Virus record (IMG/VR): IMGVR_UViG_3300032135_000040
Span: 1 to 30,234 of that record
Direction: 5' to 3' (one strand)
Origin: a virus
Taxonomy: Duplodnaviria > Caudoviricetes
DNA length: 30,234 bases
The notes beneath the pieces are model-generated. The model was not told the origin of the DNA, ran no database searches, and worked only from the letters and a program-made list of their open reading frames with translations. Positions within the stretch are counted from its first letter, which is position 1. Every line of letters starts with the position of its first letter. The position numbers and the translations under genes were made by a program. This document shows, one piece after another, positions 1 through 8,804 of this stretch.

Positions 1-1
1 C

Positions 2-1027
2 GTTCAGGTCGCACCACAGGATGATCTGCTCATCCGGCGACTGTTCGGTGTGTTCGGTGACGAGCGCCATCATGCGGGCGACGCGAGCTGTCAACGTGTT
101 CCGCTTCTCACGCGCGGCACCAACGAGAGACATCGCACCGCCGCGTACAAGAACAGCCTGCCCATCACGCTCGATCTGGTCGGAGAGCATGTCGATCGCG
201 ACTTCCTCCCACTCGACATGCAGCGGCGGCAGGTCGTAGCCTTCGTCGGAGAATCCGAGGTCAGAGGGTCGCTGCAAGAAGCACGCCCATGTGTTCAGCC
301 ACAGCCAGAATTCCCGAGTTTTATGGGGATAAAGCTTGAGGTTCCCAGCCTTCGAAGAATCGCGGTGGAAGAACCGTGTGAGCGCGGCTCCGGTGTCCAT
401 AATTCCAAGGAACCCGGCGTAGTGAATGAGTTCCTTGTGCCGGTTCGGTGACGGTGTGGCTGTCGCCACGAACCGGAACGGCACCGACTCGAACAGCTGC
501 AAGAACTCCTGATACGTCTTCGAGCCGAACGAACGCAGCACGGCAGCCTCATCGAGAGACACCGCGGTGAACTGCTCAACATCGAGCCTGCCGTCACGCA
601 CAGACTCATAGTTGGTGACGTAGACGCCAGACCAGTCCGGGTCGATTTCTTCGGTGCGGCGAATGAAACGCACTTCGAGGTCGAGAAGGTTGCGGCCGTC
701 GCGGATGATGTCACCACGGACACCGAGCGGTGCCACGATAAGCCCACGTCCGCCCTGCCGCCCGAGGATGAGCCGGATGATCTCCAGCTGCATGATCGAC
801 TTGCCGAGTCCGTAGCGGGCAAAGATCGCACGGCGGCCACCAGCGACAGCCCACTTCACGATCGCTGCCTGGTGAGGCTGGAAATTGGGGTGGCCCTCAC
901 GCATAATGGCCGACAGATCGTCGTCTGCGACCTCGAACCCGAAGCGGCGGTCGAACGCCACCTTGTCGCGCAAGAACTCGTCATAGCTGAGGTGACCGGT
1001 GTTGCCAGTCGAAAGAGTCAATGTCAT
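2..1027 (-). CDS. SNF2-like (SF2) helicase, 3'-partial; phage family often fused to a DNA methyltransferase
   Basis: Absent from the ORF track because it runs off the edge. Manual translation from ATG 1027 (ATGA overlap with rusA) gives MTLTLSTGN...PHQAAIVKWAVAGGRRAIFARYGLGKS (Walker A)...TNYE...SLDEAAVL (Walker B)...ATATPSPN...GYDLPPL...IILWCDLN. The methylase half, if present, is outside the window. Confidence 0.85.
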   Translation of the reverse strand, partial: MTLTLSTGNTGHLSYDEFLRDKVAFDRRFGFEVADDDLSAIMREGHPNFQPHQAAIVKWAVAGGRRAIFARYGLGKSIMQLEIIRLILGRQGGRGLIVAPLGVRGDIIRDGRNLLDLEVRFIRRTEEIDPDWSGVYVTNYESVRDGRLDVEQFTAVSLDEAAVLRSFGSKTYQEFLQLFESVPFRFVATATPSPNRHKELIHYAGFLGIMDTGAALTRFFHRDSSKAGNLKLYPHKTREFWLWLNTWACFLQRPSDLGFSDEGYDLPPLHVEWEEVAIDMLSDQIERDGQAVLVRGGAMSLVGAAREKRNTLTARVARMMALVTEHTEQSPDEQIILWCDLN

Positions 1028-1452
1028 TTTTTCTGCCCTTGCTTTTGGAGGGAAACAATGTCGTCCCCAAGATCGGTGATCGTCACAGTGAAGTGCGGTT
1101 CGGCGCCTGCCTCGAACCGGATCGTCGCGGACGGTTTCTGCATATGGGCAGGGTCGTCGTCGTCAACAATTCGGGCGGAAGTGCCACGGTTTGAACCGAT
1201 ACCGTCATAGATCGCTTTCAGCAGCGGGGCGAGGTTGTCGGTGTCACGGTTGCGGCGGTCAGCAACAACCCACACGACATCGACACGGATATTGTCCAGT
1301 CCCGGGACTTGTGCGGCACGGGTGCGCAGCATCGTCTGGGTGCGTATCATCTGGGTGTTCTCGTGCTTGGTTCGCCAGTGGCAGCGGTCGTTCGCTGAGA
1401 GCCCCTTCGGTGGGCGGGGATAGTTGAGGTCGAAAGACCATGTGGTGGTCAT
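1024..1452 (-). CDS. rusA: RusA-like Holliday junction resolvase
   Basis: RNRDTDNLAPLLKAIYDGI...DDD acidic motifs; N-terminal P..LSAN; size and context fit. Confidence 0.85.
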   Translation of the reverse strand: MTTTWSFDLNYPRPPKGLSANDRCHWRTKHENTQMIRTQTMLRTRAAQVPGLDNIRVDVVWVVADRRNRDTDNLAPLLKAIYDGIGSNRGTSARIVDDDDPAHMQKPSATIRFEAGAEPHFTVTITDLGDDIVSLQKQGQKK

Positions 1453-1907
1453 CGGTGGCTCCCGTACGAGTTATAGGCAGCTTGGACGCCGCGATTGATA
1501 TTTAAATTTCCGTAAAGCTTCGACGTAAGCGCTTTGAGGGTGTCGTCGGCGTAATGCCATGCCGCTTTCGCGTTATGAAGGTCCTCCATCTCGGTAAGTG
1601 CCTCCACATCTGCCAGAGCGCGCGCCACCGTGACGGTGTTGTTTTTCGCATGCTGGGCAAGTGCTGTGTTGCGGCGTCGTGACCATGCCCGCTCACACTC
1701 ATACCGACGCTCATTCAGTTCGAGCATCTTCGCGGGCATCTGCTCAATGAGAGTGGTCAGTTCGGTGATGAGGTACTCCATTTCGGCTGGATTCGCCGGA
1801 ACAAAGTGGATCAGCTCACCACCACGAGTGAGCACGTCAACAGCAGCGCCGCCTTCTGCGCCTGCGGGGGAGGTGACAGTAGGGTTCTCGTCGGTGAAGT
1901 GAGTCAT
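1449..1907 (-). CDS. Hypothetical helical protein
   Basis: 152-aa ORF with ATGA overlaps on both sides. Confidence 0.75.
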   Translation of the reverse strand: MTHFTDENPTVTSPAGAEGGAAVDVLTRGGELIHFVPANPAEMEYLITELTTLIEQMPAKMLELNERRYECERAWSRRRNTALAQHAKNNTVTVARALADVEALTEMEDLHNAKAAWHYADDTLKALTSKLYGNLNINRGVQAAYNSYGSHR

Positions 1908-2842
1908 CGCCCAGCCTCGGCTTCCGCTGCGGCTTGCGCTTCGTAGTCGGCGTCCGTTGGGGTGGCAGGTTCAGGCTCGGCTTCAGACACCGGCTCAGCC
2001 TCGGTCGCGGGTTCCTCGATGACGACGTCGCGGCCCAACTTCCCGACCTTCGTGAGCACGAGCGTGCGGATCTGATCGGTGTACTCTCCGAGCGCGTCGG
2101 CGCGCTTACCGATCGCCAACAACTCATCCTTCGTCGTGGCCTCAGCTACCAACGCTGCCCAGTCCTCAGTCGGCTCAAGATCAGCGTCCACTGTCTCGAC
2201 TTCTTCGCGCTCGTTGACGACAGCGCCCATCTCCTCAGCGGTGTAGTGCATGCCCATGAGCACGTCCTCAAAACCAGCGGACGCGACATCGCTGAGCGAA
2301 CGCCAACGCAGAAGACGGGGCATGTAGCTCTCCCACGGCTTCGGGTTGTTAGTTTTCGACCGCGCCTTCCCACGCCAGACCCCTCCCGCGTCAGGCTCGT
2401 AGGAGTCGAGCAGTCCAGCGCGGAGGGCATCGGCCGGCGTCCACGTGTACACATAGGGGTGCTCGGGATCGTCGGATCGGATACCTGTGCATGTGACGGA
2501 GATGTCGCCGCCCTCGACAGTTCCTGTTTGCTCAATGCGGAGCGTGTGCCCCGCCTGGCGGATCAACGCCGACATCAGCGACGGCTTCAACGTGGGATTA
2601 CCCTCGATGACGTCGATGCCGCGCAGAGCTGCCATGGGGTGCAGGCCAAGCATTAGCCCGGTTTCGACGATGAGCATGACCTTGCCGGGGCTCGGTCGGT
2701 TTTCCATCAGCCCGGTCTCAGGGTTTTTCGTGTTCGCCCACAGTCCTGGGGGCAGTAGATCGCCTGCGGCGGCCAACATCTGGACGTAGGACTTTTTCTC
2801 TTCGAGGGTGGCGTTGACGTATTGGGTGATTGCGGTGCTCAT
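1904..2842 (-). CDS. RecT-like ssDNA-annealing protein
   Basis: GLHPMAALRGIDVIEGNPTL...W..Y...LLRWR...EDVLMGMHYTAEEM pattern, acidic tail, directly downstream of the exonuclease. Confidence 0.75.
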   Translation of the reverse strand: MSTAITQYVNATLEEKKSYVQMLAAAGDLLPPGLWANTKNPETGLMENRPSPGKVMLIVETGLMLGLHPMAALRGIDVIEGNPTLKPSLMSALIRQAGHTLRIEQTGTVEGGDISVTCTGIRSDDPEHPYVYTWTPADALRAGLLDSYEPDAGGVWRGKARSKTNNPKPWESYMPRLLRWRSLSDVASAGFEDVLMGMHYTAEEMGAVVNEREEVETVDADLEPTEDWAALVAEATTKDELLAIGKRADALGEYTDQIRTLVLTKVGKLGRDVVIEEPATEAEPVSEAEPEPATPTDADYEAQAAAEAEAGR

Positions 2843-3447
2843 GCTGCGTTCATCTCTCTTTCGAATTCGAGCGCCCGGGTAAGGCGGTCGAGGAGGTCCG
2901 TTGCGAGGGGAAGAATCTTCGACGTGAGGTCGACGATCTTTGGGTGGTTGCGGGGGATGGTGAGGTTCTTCGGTTCGTCAGCGCGGGGAATCCACTCGCC
3001 TGCAATTGGGTCAGTGACGAGTTCCTGCCAGATGAACTCGATCTCTTCGAACTCGGGGACGACAAGAAACTGAAACGCGACCTGTCGCCATTCGCCAAGA
3101 GTTGGACCGGTCACGACCTTGTTGTGCTTGGCCTTACACTCAGCGCCACGGGTAGCGTCCGCACCATCTGGTGTCGCTGCGAACCCGCGGTTGTCGGGGG
3201 CGTGGATGAGGGCAATATTCGGGCTGATACCGGCCCAGGCGAGCATCATTGGTTCCCACCTGTGGCCTTGTTCGGTGTATGCGTTGCCGTTCCACTCGCG
3301 GCGTGTGAGTTTCTCTTTGAGTACCGATTCCACTGAGGACTCTTTGGCGAGTTTCGCGGCGTCGGACGCACCAACGCAGGGTTGCCGGGCGAGCTTCCAC
3401 CCTTCCCGGTCGATGCCGTCGTGCAGAATGCGATCGAAGTGGGTCAT
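2839..3447 (-). CDS. YqaJ/lambda-exonuclease-like recombination nuclease
   Basis: W..AR...VGASD, GHRWEP, ATPDG, ECK, W.Q motifs. Confidence 0.85.
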   Translation of the reverse strand: MTHFDRILHDGIDREGWKLARQPCVGASDAAKLAKESSVESVLKEKLTRREWNGNAYTEQGHRWEPMMLAWAGISPNIALIHAPDNRGFAATPDGADATRGAECKAKHNKVVTGPTLGEWRQVAFQFLVVPEFEEIEFIWQELVTDPIAGEWIPRADEPKNLTIPRNHPKIVDLTSKILPLATDLLDRLTRALEFEREMNAA

Positions 3448-3608
3448 ACCGGCCTCACCTCGGTCTGAGCTTCGAGCGGGATGGCCCCACTCTTTGTGTA
3501 GTTCTCTGCGAGTGCTTTAGAGGAGAATGTGGCAAGCCATACCCACGGAACGGCATTGTTGGGGCGCGCGTAGACGTCGTGCGCGTCGTGGAAGATTCCT
3601 TCGGGCAT
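3444..3608 (-). CDS. Small hypothetical protein (54 aa)
   Basis: Manual ORF MPEGIFHDAHDVYARP...EVRPV that fills the gap with stop/start overlaps at both ends. Confidence 0.6.
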   Translation of the reverse strand: MPEGIFHDAHDVYARPNNAVPWVWLATFSSKALAENYTKSGAIPLEAQTEVRPV

Positions 3609-3727
3609 CAGTTGCCACCTGTCTGTTGTTCGTCGCGGTGGTCGTCAGCATTCGCGAGGATGCGTTCGGCGTATCCCGGCGATTTCCGGTCGTCCATGTC
3701 ATAGGCGTCGTAATCGAGGTCGTCCAT
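3608..3727 (-). CDS. Small acidic hypothetical protein (39 aa)
   Basis: MDDLDYDAYDMDD...; TGATG coupling to both neighbours. Confidence 0.55.
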   Translation of the reverse strand: MDDLDYDAYDMDDRKSPGYAERILANADDHRDEQQTGGN

Positions 3728-3978
3728 CAGATGCCCAACCCTTCGACGGGTGTTTGGTCGCGGTCGGGTGCGATCGCTTCGAGGAGCGCGTAACGGTCTT
3801 CGAAGTAGCGGTAGAACGTCCCAATCGAACAGCCAGCAAGGAGCGCCACCTGTGCAGTCGTGAGTCGGTCGCGGCCGATCGCAGGGTTGTTGTACAGCTT
3901 GATGGCTGCAGTCTTGATCGCGTCGAGGCGAACCTGCGAACGCGCCTGCAGTGGCTTGTTGCGGAGGGCGGCGCTCAT
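3727..3978 (-). CDS. TetR-type HTH protein (DNA-binding domain only)
   Basis: QARS...AIKTAAIKLY...TTAQVALLAGCSIGTFYRYFEDRYALL is the TetR N-terminal signature. Confidence 0.85.
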   Translation of the reverse strand: MSAALRNKPLQARSQVRLDAIKTAAIKLYNNPAIGRDRLTTAQVALLAGCSIGTFYRYFEDRYALLEAIAPDRDQTPVEGLGI

Positions 3979-5261
3979 TTTGCGACCTGCCCGTCAGCGA
4001 GTTCGAGCACATCAATACCAGCCACAGAAGGCATGTCCGGACGGCCACGATCAATCAGCCCGGTGAAGTGTGCCTCGGTGAGCATCTCGTCAATCTTCGT
4101 GAGGCTGGTCGGGTCAAGTGCGTCACCGTTCTTGATGATGACCAGGCACAGCTCTTCATCCGAGTGCTCACCTGAGATCGCCACCGCAATAGCAGCAACT
4201 TCCCTGTCGGCAGCGTTCACGTTCACAAACGGGGTGCCGTCGAGCAGAACGTATTCGTCATCGACCGACAGCCCCGGGTGCGGGAACGTCGCGAGCGCCA
4301 GACCCTCGAACTTGGCCTTCTTCACCGTCTTAAGTTTCTCGTCAAGAGTGATGTGCAGGGTGGCGGCGGCATCGTAGGCGGCTTTCGCTCGGGAGTGCTC
4401 AGCCTTCGCTCGAACTTTGGCGTTGATCTCTTCGACCTCACCGAGGCGGGCGTTGATCGCGGAGGTGTCGATGCGCTCGGGCCCGATGACGAACGCCTTC
4501 CGACAGGTTTCCTTCACGTCTGTGGCGCGTGATAGGAATGTGCGTGCCGCGTCGAGAGCGTCTATCAAACGAGCTACCTCGGTCGCAGCGCGCTCTTCTT
4601 CGGATTCAGCATTAGCAAGGGCATCTGCCTTGCGGTCGAGTTCAGCGTTGTGGTCCCGCGCTGCGTCGAGTTCGGCATTGATGCTGGCGTAGGAAACTTC
4701 CTCCGCAGGAGTGTCCCGCGAAGGCGGAACCAACTGGGACAGTGCACCCTCAAGGCGTGACTTCTCTCGGTTCGCATCCGTGCGCGCCAATTCCACCCGT
4801 GACTGCTCAGCAGTCAAAGCGGCCATGTCGAAACCCTCAGGGAAGATCGACTTCGACATGATCAGCTCGCGACGCTTCGCTTCATCCATCGCAAGGAACT
4901 CGGCAACATCCACAATCACGGTGCCGATGCGGTCTTTCAGGATCGCGGTGCCGTCCTGGTACTTGGCGCCGTCGAGGGCGCGCACTTCGACGGCCGACAT
5001 TTTGCCGTTCTTCCACTTGCGGGTGAATGAGAGTCCGAGGTCGTGGTCGACGTAGGTTGCTTCACCTTCGAGCTGTCCTTCATGCACGGGGTCGGGTGCG
5101 CCCTTGATTGCTTTGTGGGCGAAGATGTGCCCGAATGCGTTCACGAAGCTGGACTTCCCTGCACGGTTCTTGCCGGTGATGACGATGGTGTTGCTGTCGG
5201 TACGGTGGGTGATCTCTCCACGGATGCCGTAGAGGTTGCGAACAGTGAGTTCTTTAGTCAT
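3975..5261 (-). CDS. SMC/SbcC-like coiled-coil ATPase
   Basis: N-terminal Walker A GKNRAGKSS, long coiled coil, divergent C-terminal ABC half. Confidence 0.8.
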   Translation of the reverse strand: MTKELTVRNLYGIRGEITHRTDSNTIVITGKNRAGKSSFVNAFGHIFAHKAIKGAPDPVHEGQLEGEATYVDHDLGLSFTRKWKNGKMSAVEVRALDGAKYQDGTAILKDRIGTVIVDVAEFLAMDEAKRRELIMSKSIFPEGFDMAALTAEQSRVELARTDANREKSRLEGALSQLVPPSRDTPAEEVSYASINAELDAARDHNAELDRKADALANAESEEERAATEVARLIDALDAARTFLSRATDVKETCRKAFVIGPERIDTSAINARLGEVEEINAKVRAKAEHSRAKAAYDAAATLHITLDEKLKTVKKAKFEGLALATFPHPGLSVDDEYVLLDGTPFVNVNAADREVAAIAVAISGEHSDEELCLVIIKNGDALDPTSLTKIDEMLTEAHFTGLIDRGRPDMPSVAGIDVLELADGQVAK

Positions 5262-5419
5262 GGGAGGTGCCTTTCAATTTGGAGGATTAGAACAGCGGTG
5301 CTGGCGGTGACGTAAACGGTCAGTACCAGCCACCAGAACCGGGGCACCCATTTGGTGCGACGGCGGTGGGTGGAGGCACGGCGCAGATGTTGTGCGTCGA
5401 TGCCCCACATGGTTTTCAT
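5258..5419 (-). CDS. Small membrane protein (53 aa)
   Basis: Manual ORF MKTMWGID...FWWLVLTVYVTASTAVLILQ; coupled to both neighbours. Confidence 0.55.
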   Translation of the reverse strand: MKTMWGIDAQHLRRASTHRRRTKWVPRFWWLVLTVYVTASTAVLILQIERHLP

Positions 5420-5700
5420 TACGATGTTGAGGAGCTGTAGTGCTCGAACCCACAGTCAGGGCACACCCAATGGCCTGTGTCCGTCTCAGGGTCGAATGTT
5501 GCATCGACGTTTCCTGCAAACCCGCACGGGGCGAGGCATTCGCGCCACACAATGTGATCAGTCACAAACTGGCCGGATGATTCCATTGCTTGCTCCAGAC
5601 GTTGAGGTTCTTGGCGCATCACTTTTTCGCCCACCAAGATTTCGGTAATTTGCTGAATGGGAGTGGTGCTTGTTTGCATGTGCGCGATTAGGTCATTCAC
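5419..5700 (-). CDS. Hypothetical Zn-ribbon protein
   Basis: CLAPCG...WVCPDCG cysteine pairs. Confidence 0.65.
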   Translation of the reverse strand: MNDLIAHMQTSTTPIQQITEILVGEKVMRQEPQRLEQAMESSGQFVTDHIVWRECLAPCGFAGNVDATFDPETDTGHWVCPDCGFEHYSSSTS

Positions 5701-6035
5701 TCGGTGCTCCTATTTGCCAGCTCGATTAGCACGTCTGCATGGCACGGCTGATCCAGCGGGCACCAACAAACGAGGTCTCTGCCGCGCAACTCGAACAAGT
5801 TGGAAAGCTTGATCTGGAGTCGCCCGTCGAGAAGCGCTTTGCGAAATTCCGCTACAGCGACTTCAGGGGTGATGTTCCCGCCATTCTCAGGTGTCCCCAC
5901 AACAAACGGGTTCCCAAAAAACGATGGACGGGACACGACAATTGCGCCGGTCGGCTTCCGCCAACCCTTCGCCCTGCTGCGCCTAATTCGCTTAGGCAGC
6001 GAGGGCGCGACATCGAAAAGGGCCAACGCACTCAC
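5697..6035 (-). CDS. DUF4326-like protein
   Basis: VSRPSFFGNPF...LRGRDLVCWCP..PCHADVL; start placed at GTG 6035. Confidence 0.8.
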   Translation of the reverse strand: MSALALFDVAPSLPKRIRRSRAKGWRKPTGAIVVSRPSFFGNPFVVGTPENGGNITPEVAVAEFRKALLDGRLQIKLSNLFELRGRDLVCWCPLDQPCHADVLIELANRSTE

Positions 6036-6190
6036 AACGTCACCCCCGTAATGAGGAGTGCGAACCCCGCCGAGACGGTCACGTTCAGACCGAGCAGGAT
6101 GGTGCCCACGAGAAGCACCGGTGTGAGGCGGTAGTAGCCTTTTGGTGCTGGGGTGAACTCGCCGCGGTCGCAGGTGTAGAAACGAGTCAT
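6032..6190 (-). CDS. Small membrane protein (52 aa)
   Basis: Manual ORF MTRFYTCD...VLLVGTILLGLNVTVSAGFALLITGVTL; overlapping stop/start at both ends. Confidence 0.55.
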   Translation of the reverse strand: MTRFYTCDRGEFTPAPKGYYRLTPVLLVGTILLGLNVTVSAGFALLITGVTL

Positions 6191-6570
6191 TTTGTTGCCT
6201 CCGATTCTGCGATCTGACTGTCATCGGTCAAGTCGAATAGCGGTTCGTCCGGCTCAGCAGGCTCGGGCGCGTAATGCCAGAAGTAGCCACAGCCGTCCCA
6301 CGTGAATTCGACAAGGCCAGAGCGGAACTCGGTTTCTTCGCCGTCGTAGCATTCCTCAAGGCCAACGCTGTCGAACCAGCCCTCCGTCTCACGGCAGTAA
6401 TCGAGGTGATTTGTCCACGTCTCAACACCGCACGAACATTCCTCTTCGCAGGTCTCGCAGAACCAACGGCAAGGCGAAACTGTTACGTCGTCGGAATCCT
6501 TCGCAGTGCAACGGAACTGTTTAGTGATCCAGTGTGGATGGATGCTTAGGTCTATGTAGTGAGCGCTCAT
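6187..6570 (-). CDS. Cys-rich acidic hypothetical protein
   Basis: 127-aa ORF, CRWFCETCEEECSC; coupled within the operon. Confidence 0.7.
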   Translation of the reverse strand: MSAHYIDLSIHPHWITKQFRCTAKDSDDVTVSPCRWFCETCEEECSCGVETWTNHLDYCRETEGWFDSVGLEECYDGEETEFRSGLVEFTWDGCGYFWHYAPEPAEPDEPLFDLTDDSQIAESEATK

Positions 6571-6710
6571 GACCGCACCCCGCGCTCAGCGCGATCACGG
6601 CGCACCTTGTCACGACGCAACAACACACACGTCCATAACGTCACCAGAACAACGATCAGCAGGAAGCTCCCGGCCTCGCTGACCGTCTGCGCCCACATCT
6701 CCGCGCTCAT
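6567..6710 (-). CDS. Small single-TM protein (47 aa)
   Basis: Manual ORF MSAEMWAQ...FLLIVVLVTLWTCVLLRRDK; ATGA overlaps on both sides. Confidence 0.6.
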   Translation of the reverse strand: MSAEMWAQTVSEAGSFLLIVVLVTLWTCVLLRRDKVRRDRAERGVRS

Positions 6711-6976
6711 GCGAGACGCCCCTGAATCTCCAGAAGCCGTTCCTTGGGTATCCCGTACCCGGCGCTCAAGTCGGCGTTCATATTGGCGATTAGGTTGGCG
6801 GTGCGCTGCTCTTGCACCAGTGCGGCGGTCTGCTCTACCAGCGCGAGAGTCGCGTGAACCTGTGCGGCAAGCAGTGTCTCGGTGTCGTTCTTGAACCAGT
6901 AGCTGCCATCCTCTGGTATACGGGAGCCGCGCTCAGCAAGGTACTCGGCTTCTTTCTTGTGGTCGATGGCACTCAT
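6707..6976 (-). CDS. Hypothetical protein
   Basis: 89-aa ORF (AQVHATLALVEQ...QRTANLIA), coupled within the operon. Confidence 0.7.
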   Translation of the reverse strand: MSAIDHKKEAEYLAERGSRIPEDGSYWFKNDTETLLAAQVHATLALVEQTAALVQEQRTANLIANMNADLSAGYGIPKERLLEIQGRLA

Positions 6977-7848
6977 GCGGACACCGCCTTACGCACTAGG
7001 AACGCGCCAACTGCCAACAACAGCGACGCGATACCAGCAGGGACAAGAGGACTGCTACCCGTGTAGGCGAGCTCGGTCACAGGGAGCGTGGGGAGCTGCT
7101 GGGGAACGAACGCCGCAACAGGTGTCGTCGGCTCAACAGGAGGGACAACGACAGGCGGCTCAACGACGGGAGGCTCAACAGGCGGCACGACAACCGTGCA
7201 GTCATTACCCTCAGTGAAATCCCAACCAACATTCATGCCATTGACCGGATGACTATGCGGTGCCGACACCTGGTTCTCACCATTAGGCGACCAGTACAAA
7301 TCCGACTGCCAGTTGCAATCAGGAAGCTCAACAGTCAGCGTGTAATCACCCGCACCGTAAGCAACACCCGCATCAGTGGCATGATCGAAAGCAACCTGCT
7401 TGTCATAAGGAAGAACCAGCTTATTTTCCAGCTCATATGAAGAGAACGAGATCGGCGCGGTCGGGATGTTGCAGTCAGCGGGTGCGACAGTAAGTGTTGC
7501 TGTTCCACCTATCACCGTCGATGCGGTAACTCTGCACTGGATGTCAACAACTGCCGGGTCAGGTGTCGGGTCGGGGTCTGGTTCATCCGGTGTCTCTTCA
7601 ACGATGGGCGCCGGTTCCACAATTGGGCAACCATCAGCGGGTGCCGGGATCAGGTCATCATCGTGTTTCTCGTGTCCTTTCAGCGCATTTGCTGAAACGT
7701 TGATCAGGTTCCATGGGTTCTCTTCGCTACTCGTGGAGTGGCAGATGCTGACCTTGGGTTCGGGTGTTGCGTTTGCGATTGTTGCCCCGCCCAGTACGAG
7801 TGCGCCGGCGAAACATGCGGTGGTGAGTGTTGCAAATGTTTTGTTCAT
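6973..7848 (-). CDS. Secreted, sortase-type cell-wall-anchored protein (LAYTG)
   Basis: RBS GAAAGG before ATG 7848; signal peptide ending ANA; Pro/Val-rich stalk; LAYTG (7057-7071) followed by a hydrophobic segment and RK tail. Confidence 0.8.
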   Translation of the reverse strand: MNKTFATLTTACFAGALVLGGATIANATPEPKVSICHSTSSEENPWNLINVSANALKGHEKHDDDLIPAPADGCPIVEPAPIVEETPDEPDPDPTPDPAVVDIQCRVTASTVIGGTATLTVAPADCNIPTAPISFSSYELENKLVLPYDKQVAFDHATDAGVAYGAGDYTLTVELPDCNWQSDLYWSPNGENQVSAPHSHPVNGMNVGWDFTEGNDCTVVVPPVEPPVVEPPVVVPPVEPTTPVAAFVPQQLPTLPVTELAYTGSSPLVPAGIASLLLAVGAFLVRKAVSA

Positions 7849-7892
7849 GGTGTGCCTTTCAGAAACCAACGGAGCTATCGAAATTGCGGGAC

Positions 7893-8681
7893 TCATGCCG
7901 TCACCGCTGACAGGTTCGACAGCACACGCCGCCGGATCGCAGGAAGCGCCGCAGAACGGATGTACAGGGTTGTTCTCACCTGCCCGTTGTGATGACGGGG
8001 CGCATTATGTTGCGGCATCGACCGGAACTTGTCCGCGTGCGCGGCAGCCGCCCGATACTCGTACTCCTTGACATCACGGCCGACTGACTTCGACCACCGC
8101 GTACCAATGAGGGTCTTATATACCCATCCGGCAGCGAGTAGACGGTTCCGCAGTTCTCCCTCGGGAACACCAATCTCGTTCGCTGCGACACGGAACAGCA
8201 CCACGTCGTCATGGTCGACAAACGTTTCGACGTATTCGACCTTCGGGGCGTCAGCCTCGACCTTCGCCTCTAATGCAGCGCGCGTCTCAACTTCATCTGC
8301 CAGCATGCGAAGCGCCTCACCATACGACTGCGGCAACGCGTTGACCTCGGAGCGGCTGTAACCTCCCGTTCTGCGAATCGTCGGCAATACTTCGCGGGTG
8401 ACCCAGCGCTTGAACTCAGAAGCGTTCGGCGCTTGGGAGCGAAGAACCGCAGAATACATTCCCGGTTCCGAGACGATGGCGACGGCTTGCATCCCGCCAG
8501 GGGTGTGCAGGTCTTGCACCCCCTTGTCCTCAGCGTCGAGAGACCGGAGCATCGCGGATGTGGCGGAGTAGCCGAGTGCCTGAGAAAGATCAGACGCAAC
8601 CCACCACGGCTCACCGTCGATCACAAGCGTGCGAATATCCACCCCCTCGTGGCGGAAGATGCTAATCTCGGTGGTTGACAT
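7893..8681 (-). CDS. Antirepressor, BRO-N plus ANT/KilAC domains
   Basis: IRTLVIDGEPWWVASDL...VSEPGMY...FKRWVTREVLPTIRRTGGY; LPQSYGEALR...DAPKVEYVETFVD; RBS GAAAGG before ATG 8681. Confidence 0.9.
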   Translation of the reverse strand: MSTTEISIFRHEGVDIRTLVIDGEPWWVASDLSQALGYSATSAMLRSLDAEDKGVQDLHTPGGMQAVAIVSEPGMYSAVLRSQAPNASEFKRWVTREVLPTIRRTGGYSRSEVNALPQSYGEALRMLADEVETRAALEAKVEADAPKVEYVETFVDHDDVVLFRVAANEIGVPEGELRNRLLAAGWVYKTLIGTRWSKSVGRDVKEYEYRAAAAHADKFRSMPQHNAPRHHNGQVRTTLYIRSAALPAIRRRVLSNLSAVTA

Positions 8682-8703
8682 TGGGTTTACCTTTCGTGTC
8701 ATG

Positions 8704-8731
8704 GCCCGGTGTTTGCCCACCGGGCTTTTTT
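8704..8731 (+). terminator. Intrinsic terminator on the strand opposite the early operon
   Basis: GCCCGGTG-tttgcc-CACCGGGC followed by TTTTTT on the plus strand. Confidence 0.7.
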
Positions 8732-8804
8732 CTTGGAGCAGTGAGGGCCGGACGGGCACCCTTTGGTCGTTTGAGCCGCCGACTACTCGACAGCCCCGCC
8801 CGGT

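Noticed and set aside
21-840. Track ORFs 21-239, 50-451 and 295-840
   Set aside because: Shadow frames of the edge-truncated helicase gene.
8675-8703. TTGACA as a plus-strand -35
   Set aside because: No acceptable -10 at 16-18 nt spacing; the extended -10 at 8660-8668 is the better candidate.
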